NCBI GenBank assembly: GCA_045127215.1
Contig: JBGVPV010000036.1
Coordinates: 17,137-49,136 of the forward strand
Direction of reading: 5' to 3'
DNA from: Eubacteriales bacterium
Lineage (GTDB): Bacteria > Bacillota > Clostridia > Oscillospirales > CAG-272
Length of the DNA: 32,000 nucleotides
The notes under the pieces are model-generated. The model searched no databases and was not told where the DNA came from. It saw nothing but the letters and a program-made list of their open reading frames with translations. The translations under genes and the position numbers were made by a program. Position 1 is the first letter of the stretch. Every line of letters begins with the position of its first letter. Shown one piece after another: positions 16,605 through 25,141 of the stretch.

Positions 16605-18182
16605 TTGAAACATAAAGCTGTTTTTACCCCAAAAAGTACATACGGGAGAAATGAAAAGCAAAGCATGGGTATTCGTACGAAGATGTATGCGATAATCGTC
16701 GCGTTCATCGTATGCGTATTGATCAGTATTTGGTTTTTGCAGGTTGGAATGCTAAGCTTTTTCTATCAGAATACTAAGTTTTCAGAGCTTAAGGATTCGG
16801 CAGACGTAATATATGAGGCGTTGGGTGACGATATCGAGATCGATAATATAGCCCGAGAGCTATCGGATGATTATGCCCTTGACGTGTGGGTAATGCGTAT
16901 GAATGGTCCCGACGTCGAATGGATGATCAAGCACAGCAGTACGGGAGTCCCTGCACTTGCAATGCTGTCTCAGGAGTTCGGTGATTTGTATGCCAAGGCG
17001 ATAGACAACGGCGGCATATATATGGCTACTGTGCCGATAGATCAGTTTTCAAGCGGATCTACGTTGAAGGTTATTGAAGACAATCTCGGTAAAAGTGATG
17101 AATTCCCGAGCATAACGCGCTATGACAAACCTATTGGAACTCTATATATAAGAGTTGAATACGTGGGTGAGGATGAATATATGGTGCTTCAGTTTGCCAA
17201 CCTTACACCCCTTCAGACGACGGTAAACCTTCTTAGAAATCAGTTTACCTTTATAGGATTTGCGATGCTTCTTATCGCACTCATACTCGTTGGATTTATA
17301 TCAAAGATCATAACAAAGCCGTTTTTGCAGATGACCGATGCGGCAAAAAAGCTTGCTGAGGGAAATTATGATGCAAACTTTACAGGACACGGTTATCGTG
17401 AGATAGATGAGCTCGCGCAAACGCTTAATTACGCGTCGAAGGAGCTTGCTAAAACGGATAGCCTTCAAAAGGAGCTTATTTCAAATATATCTCACGATCT
17501 TCGCACCCCATTGACTATGATAAAAGGCTACGGCGAGGTCATAAGAGATATACCGGGTGAAAATACTCCCGAGAACGTTCAGGTTATTATTGATGAGACA
17601 ACGCGCCTTTCTGAGCTTGTCAGCGATATGTTGGATCTCTCGAGAATACAGTCCGGTACGCGTAAGCTGCAATATGAATGCTTCTGCATAACCGATATAG
17701 TAAAGGATACGCTTTGCCGATACGAGAAGCTGAGAATGCAGGAGGGATACAGCATAGAATTTATTGTCGATGAAGATGCGTACGTTATGGCAGACAGAGG
17801 TATGATATTGCAGGTGATATACAATCTTATCAATAATGCTATCAACTATACGGGCGATGACAAGAGCGTAGTGGTTTCTCAGAAATGCACCGAAACCGGT
17901 GTGAGAATAAGTGTGGCGGATACGGGCATGGGAATAGAGCCTGAGCATCTTACTGAAATATGGCAAAGATATTACCGACTTGACAAGGTCCATAAGCGCG
18001 CAACTGTTGGAACGGGACTTGGGCTTTCGATAGTAAAGGAGGCTCTTGAGGCTCACGGTGCATTTTACGGAGTTGAAAGCTCTGTGGGGAATGGATCTAC
18101 GTTTTGGTTTGAGCTTCCTATGACTGAGATCTCCGATATATTTGATGCTAAATATGACAATAGCGAGAATAAGGACCTATGA
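16605..18182 (+). CDS. Sensor histidine kinase (2 TM, extracytoplasmic domain, HAMP, HisKA, HATPase_c)
   Basis: H-box SNISHDLRTPLT. N-box NLINNAINYT. G-boxes DTGMGI and GTGLGLSIV. The start is uncertain: TTG at 16605 or ATG at 16665 (MGIRTKMYAIIV...). Confidence 0.9.
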   Translation: MKHKAVFTPKSTYGRNEKQSMGIRTKMYAIIVAFIVCVLISIWFLQVGMLSFFYQNTKFSELKDSADVIYEALGDDIEIDNIARELSDDYALDVWVMRMNGPDVEWMIKHSSTGVPALAMLSQEFGDLYAKAIDNGGIYMATVPIDQFSSGSTLKVIEDNLGKSDEFPSITRYDKPIGTLYIRVEYVGEDEYMVLQFANLTPLQTTVNLLRNQFTFIGFAMLLIALILVGFISKIITKPFLQMTDAAKKLAEGNYDANFTGHGYREIDELAQTLNYASKELAKTDSLQKELISNISHDLRTPLTMIKGYGEVIRDIPGENTPENVQVIIDETTRLSELVSDMLDLSRIQSGTRKLQYECFCITDIVKDTLCRYEKLRMQEGYSIEFIVDEDAYVMADRGMILQVIYNLINNAINYTGDDKSVVVSQKCTETGVRISVADTGMGIEPEHLTEIWQRYYRLDKVHKRATVGTGLGLSIVKEALEAHGAFYGVESSVGNGSTFWFELPMTEISDIFDAKYDNSENKDL

Positions 18183-19036
18183 GAATTTTAGAAGATAAAA
18201 TTATTCAGGGGGCGCTTAGCTGCCCCCTGTGCCATAATAATATGACTGTGCAGGGCACGAGCCTTGTTTGCTGTGGAGAGCGAAAGCATTGCTTTGATTT
18301 TGCAAGTGGCGGATACGTTAATCTTTGCAGTCCGCGTCAGAGTGGCGGGGGCGATTCCAAGCAAGCGGTAAGAGCGCGCACTGAGTTTTTGAATAAACAG
18401 TATTATCGTCCGATTGCCGATGCACTTGCCGAGCTTGTATGTAAGTTTGCACCCGTCGGACTCCCTGTGCTTGACGCAGGTTGCGGCGAGGGATATTATA
18501 CCTGTGTAATAGCGAATTCGGGATATTCTGTGATTGGCGTTGATCTCTCAAAATTTGCTACCGATGCCGCCGCCAAAAGAGCGGCACGCGACGGCTTTGA
18601 TAACGCCTTCTTTGCCACGGGAAGTGTTTTTGAGCTTCCTGTAAAAGACGGTTCTATCGGAGCTATCACAAGCATATTCGCGCCGTGCGCGGCAGACCAT
18701 TTTGCCGCAAAGCTCGCTCGGGGCGGTTGCCTTATAGTAGCGGCGGCAGGTGAAGACCATTTACTTGGACTTAAAAAGGTTATATATGATGACGTACATA
18801 CCAATACCGAGCGTGCGGATATGCCGTCTGATATGATAAAGATAGCAGAGAAGCGCGTTCGCTATTCAATAGACGTGATCGGTAACGCTGACGTGAAAAG
18901 TCTTTTTGCTATGACGCCGTACTATTGGCGTACGTCACCGCATGATGCGCAAAAGCTTGAGTCTGTTGATGCGCTCACCACAGAGGTGGACGTTGTTTTG
19001 TCGGTTTATACACATAATTCTAAAACGGAGATATGA
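18179..19036 (+). CDS. rlmA: 23S rRNA (guanine-N1)-methyltransferase, RlmA family
   Basis: 285 aa. N-terminal zinc ribbon CPLCHNNM...CCGERKHCFDFASGGYVNL. SAM motif LDAGCGEGYY. Collinear with E. coli RlmA as I recall it. Its ATG overlaps the kinase stop (ATGA). Confidence 0.85.
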   Translation: MRILEDKIIQGALSCPLCHNNMTVQGTSLVCCGERKHCFDFASGGYVNLCSPRQSGGGDSKQAVRARTEFLNKQYYRPIADALAELVCKFAPVGLPVLDAGCGEGYYTCVIANSGYSVIGVDLSKFATDAAAKRAARDGFDNAFFATGSVFELPVKDGSIGAITSIFAPCAADHFAAKLARGGCLIVAAAGEDHLLGLKKVIYDDVHTNTERADMPSDMIKIAEKRVRYSIDVIGNADVKSLFAMTPYYWRTSPHDAQKLESVDALTTEVDVVLSVYTHNSKTEI

Positions 19037-19037
19037 T

Positions 19038-19985
19038 ATGAAAATAGTTGTGCTTGATAAATGCACTGTGACTACAGGGGACGTTGATCTTTCGCCCTTG
19101 GAGCGTTGCGGTGACGTTGAATATTACGATCTTCTTACCAAGCCCGAGATAATAAAGGCGCTTGACGGCGCGGACGCCGTTATCGTAAATAAGGCTGTCA
19201 TCGATAAGGAAATAATGGATGCTACCTCGCTTGGATTTATCGGACTTTTTGCGACGGGATATAACAATATAGATACCGAATACGCAAAGCAAAAGGGAAT
19301 AGTCGTGTGCAACGTGCCGGGATACTCTACAAGCTCTGTGACGCAGATGACGTTTTCCTTGATGCTTGACCTTGCTTCAAGTACCTCAAAGTATTCGGCG
19401 TCCGTCGCGGGAGGCGACTGGAAGAGATCGGCTCAGTTTTCATATCTTACTTATCCGATCTGCGAGCTTGCCGGAAAGACTCTCGGTATATACGGACTCG
19501 GTGCTATCGGTATTTCGGTAGCTCGAGTGGCACTTGCTTTTGGAATGAAGGTAATAGCATATACACGCACTCCCAAACAGGTTGACGGAGTCGAGCTCGT
19601 AAGTGAAAAGCAGCTTTTCAGTCAAAGTGATTTTGTGAGTTTCCATTGTCCGCTCAATAAGGACTCCGAGCGTGTTCTAAACAGAGAAACCATTGAGCTT
19701 ATGAAGCCTACCGCCTTCGTTATCAATACGGCGCGCGGTGGAGTTATTGATGAGCAAGCGCTTGCAGACGCTCTCAGAAGCCGCAGGATAGCGGGAGCGG
19801 GACTTGACGTTCTCACCTCAGAGCCGATGGCGGCAGATTGTCCGCTTGCAGATATTGAAAACTGTATTATCACCCCTCATATCGCCTGGGCGGCTTATGA
19901 GTCGCGCGTACGCCTTATTGACATCGTGGTTGATAACCTGCGTGCATTTGCGGCAGGAACGCCTATAAACGTAGTTAACAAATAA
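19038..19985 (+). CDS. D-isomer-specific 2-hydroxyacid dehydrogenase (glycerate/hydroxypyruvate reductase-like)
   Basis: The true start is ATG 19038 (MKIVVLDKC) after ACGGAG. The track's 18942 start lies inside rlmA. NAD motif GIYGLGAIGISVA. Catalytic INTARGG...D and PHIAW segments. Confidence 0.88.
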   Translation: MKIVVLDKCTVTTGDVDLSPLERCGDVEYYDLLTKPEIIKALDGADAVIVNKAVIDKEIMDATSLGFIGLFATGYNNIDTEYAKQKGIVVCNVPGYSTSSVTQMTFSLMLDLASSTSKYSASVAGGDWKRSAQFSYLTYPICELAGKTLGIYGLGAIGISVARVALAFGMKVIAYTRTPKQVDGVELVSEKQLFSQSDFVSFHCPLNKDSERVLNRETIELMKPTAFVINTARGGVIDEQALADALRSRRIAGAGLDVLTSEPMAADCPLADIENCIITPHIAWAAYESRVRLIDIVVDNLRAFAAGTPINVVNK

Positions 19986-20016
19986 AAAAACAGGACGCAA
20001 ATGCGTCCTGTTTAAA
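19986..20016. terminator. Bidirectional terminator between the dehydrogenase gene and ackA
   Basis: aaaaaaa-caggacgca-aa-tgcgtcctg-tttaaaaa, between convergent stops (19985 and 20029). Confidence 0.8.
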
Positions 20017-20028
20017 AACATTCTGTTA

Positions 20029-21240
20029 TCAGAGATTTTCAACGATAGCGGCTGTATCCTTGGCAATAACGAGCTCCTCGTTTGTGGGGATCACGTATGC
20101 CTTGACCTTAGAGTCGGGTGTGGATATCATCATTGCATCGGAAAGTCTGAATGCCTTCTTATTTGCCTCACGGTCAAGCTCGATTCCGAGATATTCCATA
20201 TCAGAGAGCACGAGCTCACGAAGAATGGAGCTGTTCTCACCGATACCTGCGGTAAATACAACGGCGTCGAGTCCGTTCATTGCGGCAGCGTACCCGCCGA
20301 TGTACTTCTTGAGCTGGTGCTTGAGAATGTCAAGCGCGAGCTTAGCCTTTTCGTTGCCTTCGTTGTAAGCCGCTTCAATATCACGGGAGTCAGAGGAAAG
20401 ACCTGTAACTCCGAGGAATCCGGACTTCTTGTTCATGATGTCATTGACCTGTGCAGCTGTAAGGCCTTCCTTATCCATAAGGAAAGGAACGATAGCGGGG
20501 TCGATATCACCGCAACGGGTACCCATTTCGATACCTGCAAGGGGAGTGAAGCCCATGGTAGTATCCATAACCTTGCCGCCCTTAACTGCGGAGATAGAGG
20601 AGCCGTTACCGATATGACAGGTTACGATCTTGGTGTCCTCAGCATTCTTACCGAGAAGTTTGATCATCTCAGCACTTACAAATCTGTGAGATGAACCGTG
20701 GAAGCCGTAGCGGCGCAAGCCGTACTTTTCATAGTACTCATAGGGAAGTGCGTACATATAAGCCTCGGGCTCCATTGTCTGATGGAACGCGGTGTCAAAT
20801 ACGAGCACCTGAGGTGTGCCGGGCATTGTGTCAAGACAGCCCTTGATACCCATGAGGTGAGCTACGGTGTGAAGAGGTGCGAACTCCTTATAAAGCTCAA
20901 GCTTTGCAAGAACGTCCTCAGTCATAAGTATGGAGCTTGAGAAGTAAGAGCCGCCGTGAACTACACGGTGACCGATAGCTCCGATCTCACTCATATCGGA
21001 AATACAGCCGTACTCAGCGTCGGTGAGATACTTTACAACGAGCTTCATGGCGTCAGCGTGATCCTTCATGGGAGATTCATAGGTGGTCTTAGTACCCTTT
21101 ATGAGCTGCTTGTGCTCAATGCGTGAGCCGTCAAGACCGATTCTTTCGCAAAGTCCCTTTGCCTTTACCTCGGTAGTAACAGAATCAATGAGCTGATACT
21201 TGAGGGAGCTGGAACCTGCGTTAACAACGAGAATATTCAT
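20029..21240 (-). CDS. ackA: Acetate kinase
   Basis: 403 aa. N-terminal ILVVNAGSSSLKYQL signature and full-length collinearity with AckA. Confidence 0.95.
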   Translation of the reverse strand: MNILVVNAGSSSLKYQLIDSVTTEVKAKGLCERIGLDGSRIEHKQLIKGTKTTYESPMKDHADAMKLVVKYLTDAEYGCISDMSEIGAIGHRVVHGGSYFSSSILMTEDVLAKLELYKEFAPLHTVAHLMGIKGCLDTMPGTPQVLVFDTAFHQTMEPEAYMYALPYEYYEKYGLRRYGFHGSSHRFVSAEMIKLLGKNAEDTKIVTCHIGNGSSISAVKGGKVMDTTMGFTPLAGIEMGTRCGDIDPAIVPFLMDKEGLTAAQVNDIMNKKSGFLGVTGLSSDSRDIEAAYNEGNEKAKLALDILKHQLKKYIGGYAAAMNGLDAVVFTAGIGENSSILRELVLSDMEYLGIELDREANKKAFRLSDAMMISTPDSKVKAYVIPTNEELVIAKDTAAIVENL

Positions 21241-21370
21241 GTAAAAATTCCTCCGTAGTAAATAAATAATTTCAGTTCAAAATATATTATACAACACTTT
21301 CGGACTCATTTCAAGTGAAAAAATAAAATTATTCATAAAATTTATAAAAAACGTCAAAAGGAGTGTATCA

Positions 21371-22546
21371 ATGGCGGATTTCTGCATAATAAGCGAATTC
21401 AATCCGATGCATAACGGACATAAATACATTGTAGAAAAAGCGCGCGAGCTTGGCGCGGACAGCGTTAGCGTAGTTATGAGTGGCAACGCTACCCAGCGAG
21501 GTGAGCTGGCAGTTACGGATAAATATTTGCGCGGTAAGGCTGCCGTGATGAGTGGTGTGGACCTCGCCCTTGAGCTTCCGTATCCTTGGTGTGCTTCAAG
21601 CGCGGATTACTTTGCCACGGCGGGCGCGTATATTGCAAGTCAAGTCGCGGATACCTTGCTTTTTGGCTCAGAGTGCGGAGATATTGATCTCCTATGCAGA
21701 GCGGCGGAGTATTGCGAGCGCGATGAGTTCTTGCAAAGCTTTGAGGATAAAAAGAAAATAATGGGCGCGGCAAAGGCGTACGTCCAGTCGCTTGAAGAAG
21801 CCGGCTTTGAAACATTGCATTCAAACGATCTGCTTGGTGTTGCGTATATCAGAGCCGTGCGCAGAATGGGGCTTGACCTTGAATGCCGTACCGTCAAACG
21901 AGTCGGTTCAGCGTATTCGGATACCGAGGTGCGCTCGGGCGAGCTTCCGTCGGCAACCGCAATAAGACGGTTTTTAGCCTGCGGCGAGCTTGATACGATC
22001 GGTGATATCGTTCCGAGACCTACCGCGGAGATGCTAAAGACAGCAATAGCTAGCGGAGAGCTTGTTGATCCCGATAAGCTTTTAGAATATGCGTTGTGCT
22101 TTTTCAGGCTTAGTGACGCTTCGGCGTTTGAGGAAATCGCCGAGGCGGGCGGAGGGCTTGCTAACCGAATTTGTTCGGTGGCAAAGGACAGTCACAGCGG
22201 AGCTGAGCTTTTTGATAGCGTGAGGACCAAGCGGTATACTGATGCGCGTGTGCGTCGGGCAATGCTGTTTTGTATGACCGGGGTTAAAGCAAAGATGCTT
22301 GATACTCTGCCGCAATATACCACGCTTCTTGCCGCAAATGATAAGGGCAGAGAATTGCTTGCAAAGAAACGTAAGTCAGGTGGCATTGAGGTCGTCACAA
22401 AGCCTGCTGACGCCCCACGTGATACGGAACAGTACGGAGTATCCGAAAGACTTGACGCGCTCTACGGACTTGCTTTGCCGCAGAAGACTACCGTCGGCGA
22501 AATGCTCAGAAAAAAAGCGTATATAGAAATCGGTGAAAAAACTTGA
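21371..22546 (+). CDS. tmcAL: tRNA(Met) cytidine acetate ligase (YlbM/UPF0348 nucleotidyltransferase family)
   Basis: 391 aa. N-terminal ISEFNPMHNGHKYIV (HxGH-type nucleotidyltransferase motif). Length and layout are typical of YlbM/TmcAL. Confidence 0.8.
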   Translation: MADFCIISEFNPMHNGHKYIVEKARELGADSVSVVMSGNATQRGELAVTDKYLRGKAAVMSGVDLALELPYPWCASSADYFATAGAYIASQVADTLLFGSECGDIDLLCRAAEYCERDEFLQSFEDKKKIMGAAKAYVQSLEEAGFETLHSNDLLGVAYIRAVRRMGLDLECRTVKRVGSAYSDTEVRSGELPSATAIRRFLACGELDTIGDIVPRPTAEMLKTAIASGELVDPDKLLEYALCFFRLSDASAFEEIAEAGGGLANRICSVAKDSHSGAELFDSVRTKRYTDARVRRAMLFCMTGVKAKMLDTLPQYTTLLAANDKGRELLAKKRKSGGIEVVTKPADAPRDTEQYGVSERLDALYGLALPQKTTVGEMLRKKAYIEIGEKT

Positions 22547-22571
22547 CTTTTCTTAAAGTGTATGGTATACT
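22543..22571 (+). promoter_or_regulatory. Sigma-A-type promoter for the 100-aa ORF
   Basis: TTGACT (22543-22548, overlapping the tmcAL stop), 17-nt spacer, TATACT (22566-22571), with upstream TG. Confidence 0.5.
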
Positions 22572-22612
22572 AACTTAGTTAAAAAGTAACGCATAGATAG
22601 GAGGGCATTGAT

Positions 22613-22915
22613 ATGTCAGCTGAAAATAGAGAAAAGGTCGGCGGAAAATACCTTGAATATAAGGGCAAGCCGCTAGTAAGAGAAGGGGAAACAATATGCT
22701 ACGGTGATATGACCGATCCCTGCATACTTATCCTTGAAATAATGTCTTATAAAAAGACTGCCGAGGGAGAGCTTCCCGATAAGATACTTATCCAGGTCGT
22801 TGACTCAAAGGATCAGTCCAAGATACTCAGACAGGGATCTAAGGACGGACTTTATGAGGCGTTCAACCTCGGTCTTATCTGGCTTGAGCACGAGCTCAAA
22901 AAGGTAGCAAACTAA
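22613..22915 (+). CDS. Hypothetical small cytoplasmic protein (100 aa)
   Basis: AGGAGGG RBS 8 nt upstream. It has its own promoter and terminator. Composition and codon usage look like the neighbouring genes. I recognise no family or motif. Confidence 0.6.
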   Translation: MSAENREKVGGKYLEYKGKPLVREGETICYGDMTDPCILILEIMSYKKTAEGELPDKILIQVVDSKDQSKILRQGSKDGLYEAFNLGLIWLEHELKKVAN

Positions 22916-22929
22916 ATTGTATATAGCTT

Positions 22930-22971
22930 GGTGGAGTGCCGTATTTGTTGAGGACACTCCACCGTTTTTTT
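22930..22971 (+). terminator. Rho-independent terminator after the 100-aa ORF
   Basis: ggtggagtg (22930-22938) / cactccacc (22955-22963) followed by gttttttt. Confidence 0.8.
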
Positions 22972-23025
22972 ATTCATTATAGGTATAAAATCCCTGTGTT
23001 TTTCTTTTTTTAAGTGAATTTTTTT

Positions 23026-23085
23026 GCATTATGTACATAATGCGGTGCGAATTTATGTATATTGCAACAAAAAACAATTTATGTA
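23026..23085. promoter_or_regulatory. Operator-like array: a perfect 18-bp palindrome plus two direct repeats of its half-site
   Basis: gcattatgtacataatgc (23026-23043) is perfectly self-complementary. aatttatgta occurs at 23050-23059 and 23076-23085. All lie just upstream of the -35 at 23107. Confidence 0.45.
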
Positions 23086-23106
23086 AAAGCTTTTTTAGCT
23101 ATTCTA

Positions 23107-23135
23107 TTGACAATTTTTTCGCATTGTGGTAAAAT
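23107..23135 (+). promoter_or_regulatory. Sigma-A-type promoter for the surface-protein gene
   Basis: TTGACA (23107-23112), 17-nt spacer, TAAAAT (23130-23135), with upstream TG (tggtaaaat). Confidence 0.55.
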
Positions 23136-23230
23136 GTTATCGTCTAATAGTGTTTAAAGTGGAGTTTTCTATCTTGAAAATACCATTTGGACAAAAACCT
23201 TAAAAAATTTAAAAAGGAGAAAAATGAATT

Positions 23231-24994
23231 ATGAAAAAGCTTTCATTGATTCTCGTTCTGATCATGACGTTGTCACTCATGGTTGGAGCGCTCACAACCA
23301 TTGCGTTTGCAGCTGGTGACGGTACACAGGCTAACCCCATTACCGTTGGTGGCGAAGGCGCAGACTACGCAACCGTTGGCGAAGCTCTCGCAGCTATCGG
23401 CGCGGCTGAAGGCACAACCTACATCAAGGTTACCGGAAATACAACGGAAACAGCAGCAGGCATCGTTCTTGCTAATGATGTTGTTATTTATTCCGATGCA
23501 ACCGGCGACGATCGTCCCGTAATTACTCTCGCTGCAGATGCAAATATTGGCGCAGCAAGTGGTTATTTCTTCTGGATAACTGTTGACGGTGCTGAGCTTA
23601 CTTTTGATGGACTTAAGATCGATACCAGTGCTTTTTTTGGTGCTAAAGATACTCAGAAGGCCTCAGGTACTATAATTCTTAACAACGGCGCTAAGGTTTC
23701 TGTTGTTGATTCCGTAGCTACTCATGGCGGTAGCAAGACAAAGAACGGTGGTTTCGTTTACTTGGGTGCAGCTGGACACTCCGGCGATATCGTTATTGAC
23801 AATTCTACAGTAACTTCTGGTAACAGAGGTATATATATTGAAAAGTCAACCGGTTCTTCTTCTATCACTTTGATTAATAACGCTGTACTTAAGAGTACAA
23901 CTACACACGGAATTCAGTGTAGTGCAACTACTCCCGCAGCTCTTACAGTTACTGTTATAGATTCTGAAATTTCCGCTAACGGCGTAGGTATGTATAACAG
24001 AGCTAAAAAGGCTGACGTTACATTGATTAATGCTAAGATAACCTCAACTTCTCAGGTAGTTGACGCAAGAAACGACACAGCTACTCTTGATCTTGTTGTT
24101 GTAGGTGGAACATTTAAGGGTGTGGATCTTGTTAAGTTCAAGAGCCCCACAGCAGTAATTAACATTATCGGCGCTGACGTTGCTGGTGTAACAACACTTA
24201 TAAACAATGAGCTCAGCTCTGAGAACGTTACCGTTAAAACTTATGGTATTACATCTGGCAACTTCACCAACGTAGCTGATGAAAAGATCACTAAGATTGA
24301 CGAAGCTGGTGCCCATGCTTTAGTTGGCACTTTGTTCGCGGATGATGCAGTTCTTAAGGATGCAGCTATCAAGGCTATTCCTCATATCTGCGTTTTCGAT
24401 CAGGAAGTAGTTGACAACAAGTTCCTCGCAACCGAGGCTACTTGTACAGCACAGGCTACATACTACAAGTCTTGCGTATGTGGCGAAAAGGGAACTGAGA
24501 CTTTCGCAGCAGGCGAAGTTCTTCCTCACGTATTCGATCAGGAGATCGCAGGTGACGAGTACCTCGTTTCCGATGCAACATGTACAACCGGCGCAGTATT
24601 CTACAAGTCTTGCGAGTGTGGTCTCAAGGGCGAGGAGACATTTATGTCTCTCGGTTCTCTCGGTCACTTGTTCGGCGAGTGGACAACTGTTACTGAGCCC
24701 ACAGTAGACGCTGAAGGCGTTAAGGAGAGAGAGTGCTCCGTATGTGGCGAAAAGGAAACTAAGTCTATCGAAAAGCTTCCCGTAACTGAGGCTCCCGTAG
24801 TTGAAGAGCCCACCTTTACTGAGAAGGTACTCGGCAAGGTTAACTCCGTTAAGGACTGGACAGTTGCTAAGGCTGTTGCACTTAAGAACAAGGCTGCAGG
24901 CGCTCTTGGTTGTGGCGGTTCTATCGGCGGCACAAGCATTATCATCATGCTCGCTGCTGCAGGCGCAGTTATCGCACGCAAGAAGGAAGACTAA
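23231..24994 (+). CDS. Secreted cell-surface protein: signal peptide, right-handed beta-helix-like region, three His/Cys repeats, C-terminal TM anchor
   Basis: 587 aa. Signal peptide MKKLSLILVLIMTLSLMVGALTTIAFA|AG. Short repetitive strands rich in G/N/T/V (ITLINNAVLKS, VTVIDSEISAN, VTLINAKITST) are typical of parallel beta-helices. Repeats start at H385, H433 and H479. C-terminus is GCGGSIGGTSIIIMLAAAGAVIARKKED. Confidence 0.8.
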   Translation: MKKLSLILVLIMTLSLMVGALTTIAFAAGDGTQANPITVGGEGADYATVGEALAAIGAAEGTTYIKVTGNTTETAAGIVLANDVVIYSDATGDDRPVITLAADANIGAASGYFFWITVDGAELTFDGLKIDTSAFFGAKDTQKASGTIILNNGAKVSVVDSVATHGGSKTKNGGFVYLGAAGHSGDIVIDNSTVTSGNRGIYIEKSTGSSSITLINNAVLKSTTTHGIQCSATTPAALTVTVIDSEISANGVGMYNRAKKADVTLINAKITSTSQVVDARNDTATLDLVVVGGTFKGVDLVKFKSPTAVINIIGADVAGVTTLINNELSSENVTVKTYGITSGNFTNVADEKITKIDEAGAHALVGTLFADDAVLKDAAIKAIPHICVFDQEVVDNKFLATEATCTAQATYYKSCVCGEKGTETFAAGEVLPHVFDQEIAGDEYLVSDATCTTGAVFYKSCECGLKGEETFMSLGSLGHLFGEWTTVTEPTVDAEGVKERECSVCGEKETKSIEKLPVTEAPVVEEPTFTEKVLGKVNSVKDWTVAKAVALKNKAAGALGCGGSIGGTSIIIMLAAAGAVIARKKED

Positions 24995-25044
24995 TTCCGA
25001 TTTATAAATAATTGAAAAACTGATTTAGGTTTTTCTTAAAACAA

Positions 25045-25077
25045 AGGCTGTTGCTTCGGCAACAGCCTCTTGTTGTT
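25045..25077 (+). terminator. Rho-independent terminator of the surface-protein gene
   Basis: aggctgttgc-ttcg-gcaacagcct (10-bp stem, UUCG loop) followed by cttgttgtt. Confidence 0.75.
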
Positions 25078-25141
25078 ATAATAAAATGTTTTTATTTTCC
25101 AAAAAATCCTTGAAAAAATCAAAAAAATTTCAAATTACCTA

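Noticed and set aside
18942-19037. N-terminal extension of the dehydrogenase ORF (track start 18942). Similar extensions occur for metG (27099) and the orphan gene (6870).
   Set aside because: The extensions overlap the upstream gene or lack an SD. Internal ATGs at 19038, 27141 and 6816 are preceded by good RBSs and give N-termini typical of the families.
23001-23216. Possible inverted repeats (tttttctttttttaag / cttaaaaaatttaaaaa) flanking the surface-protein promoter, suggesting an invertible promoter.
   Set aside because: The match consists only of A/T homopolymer runs (about 9 contiguous matches), which is expected by chance in this AT-rich spacer. There are no defined IR ends.
23224-23322. 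32-codon upstream ORF starting at ATG 23224, closer to the AGGAG than the annotated start at 23231.
   Set aside because: It is out of frame with the long ORF and has no recognisable features. The 23231 start yields a textbook signal peptide. The ORF may be translated at a low level, but there is no evidence of function.
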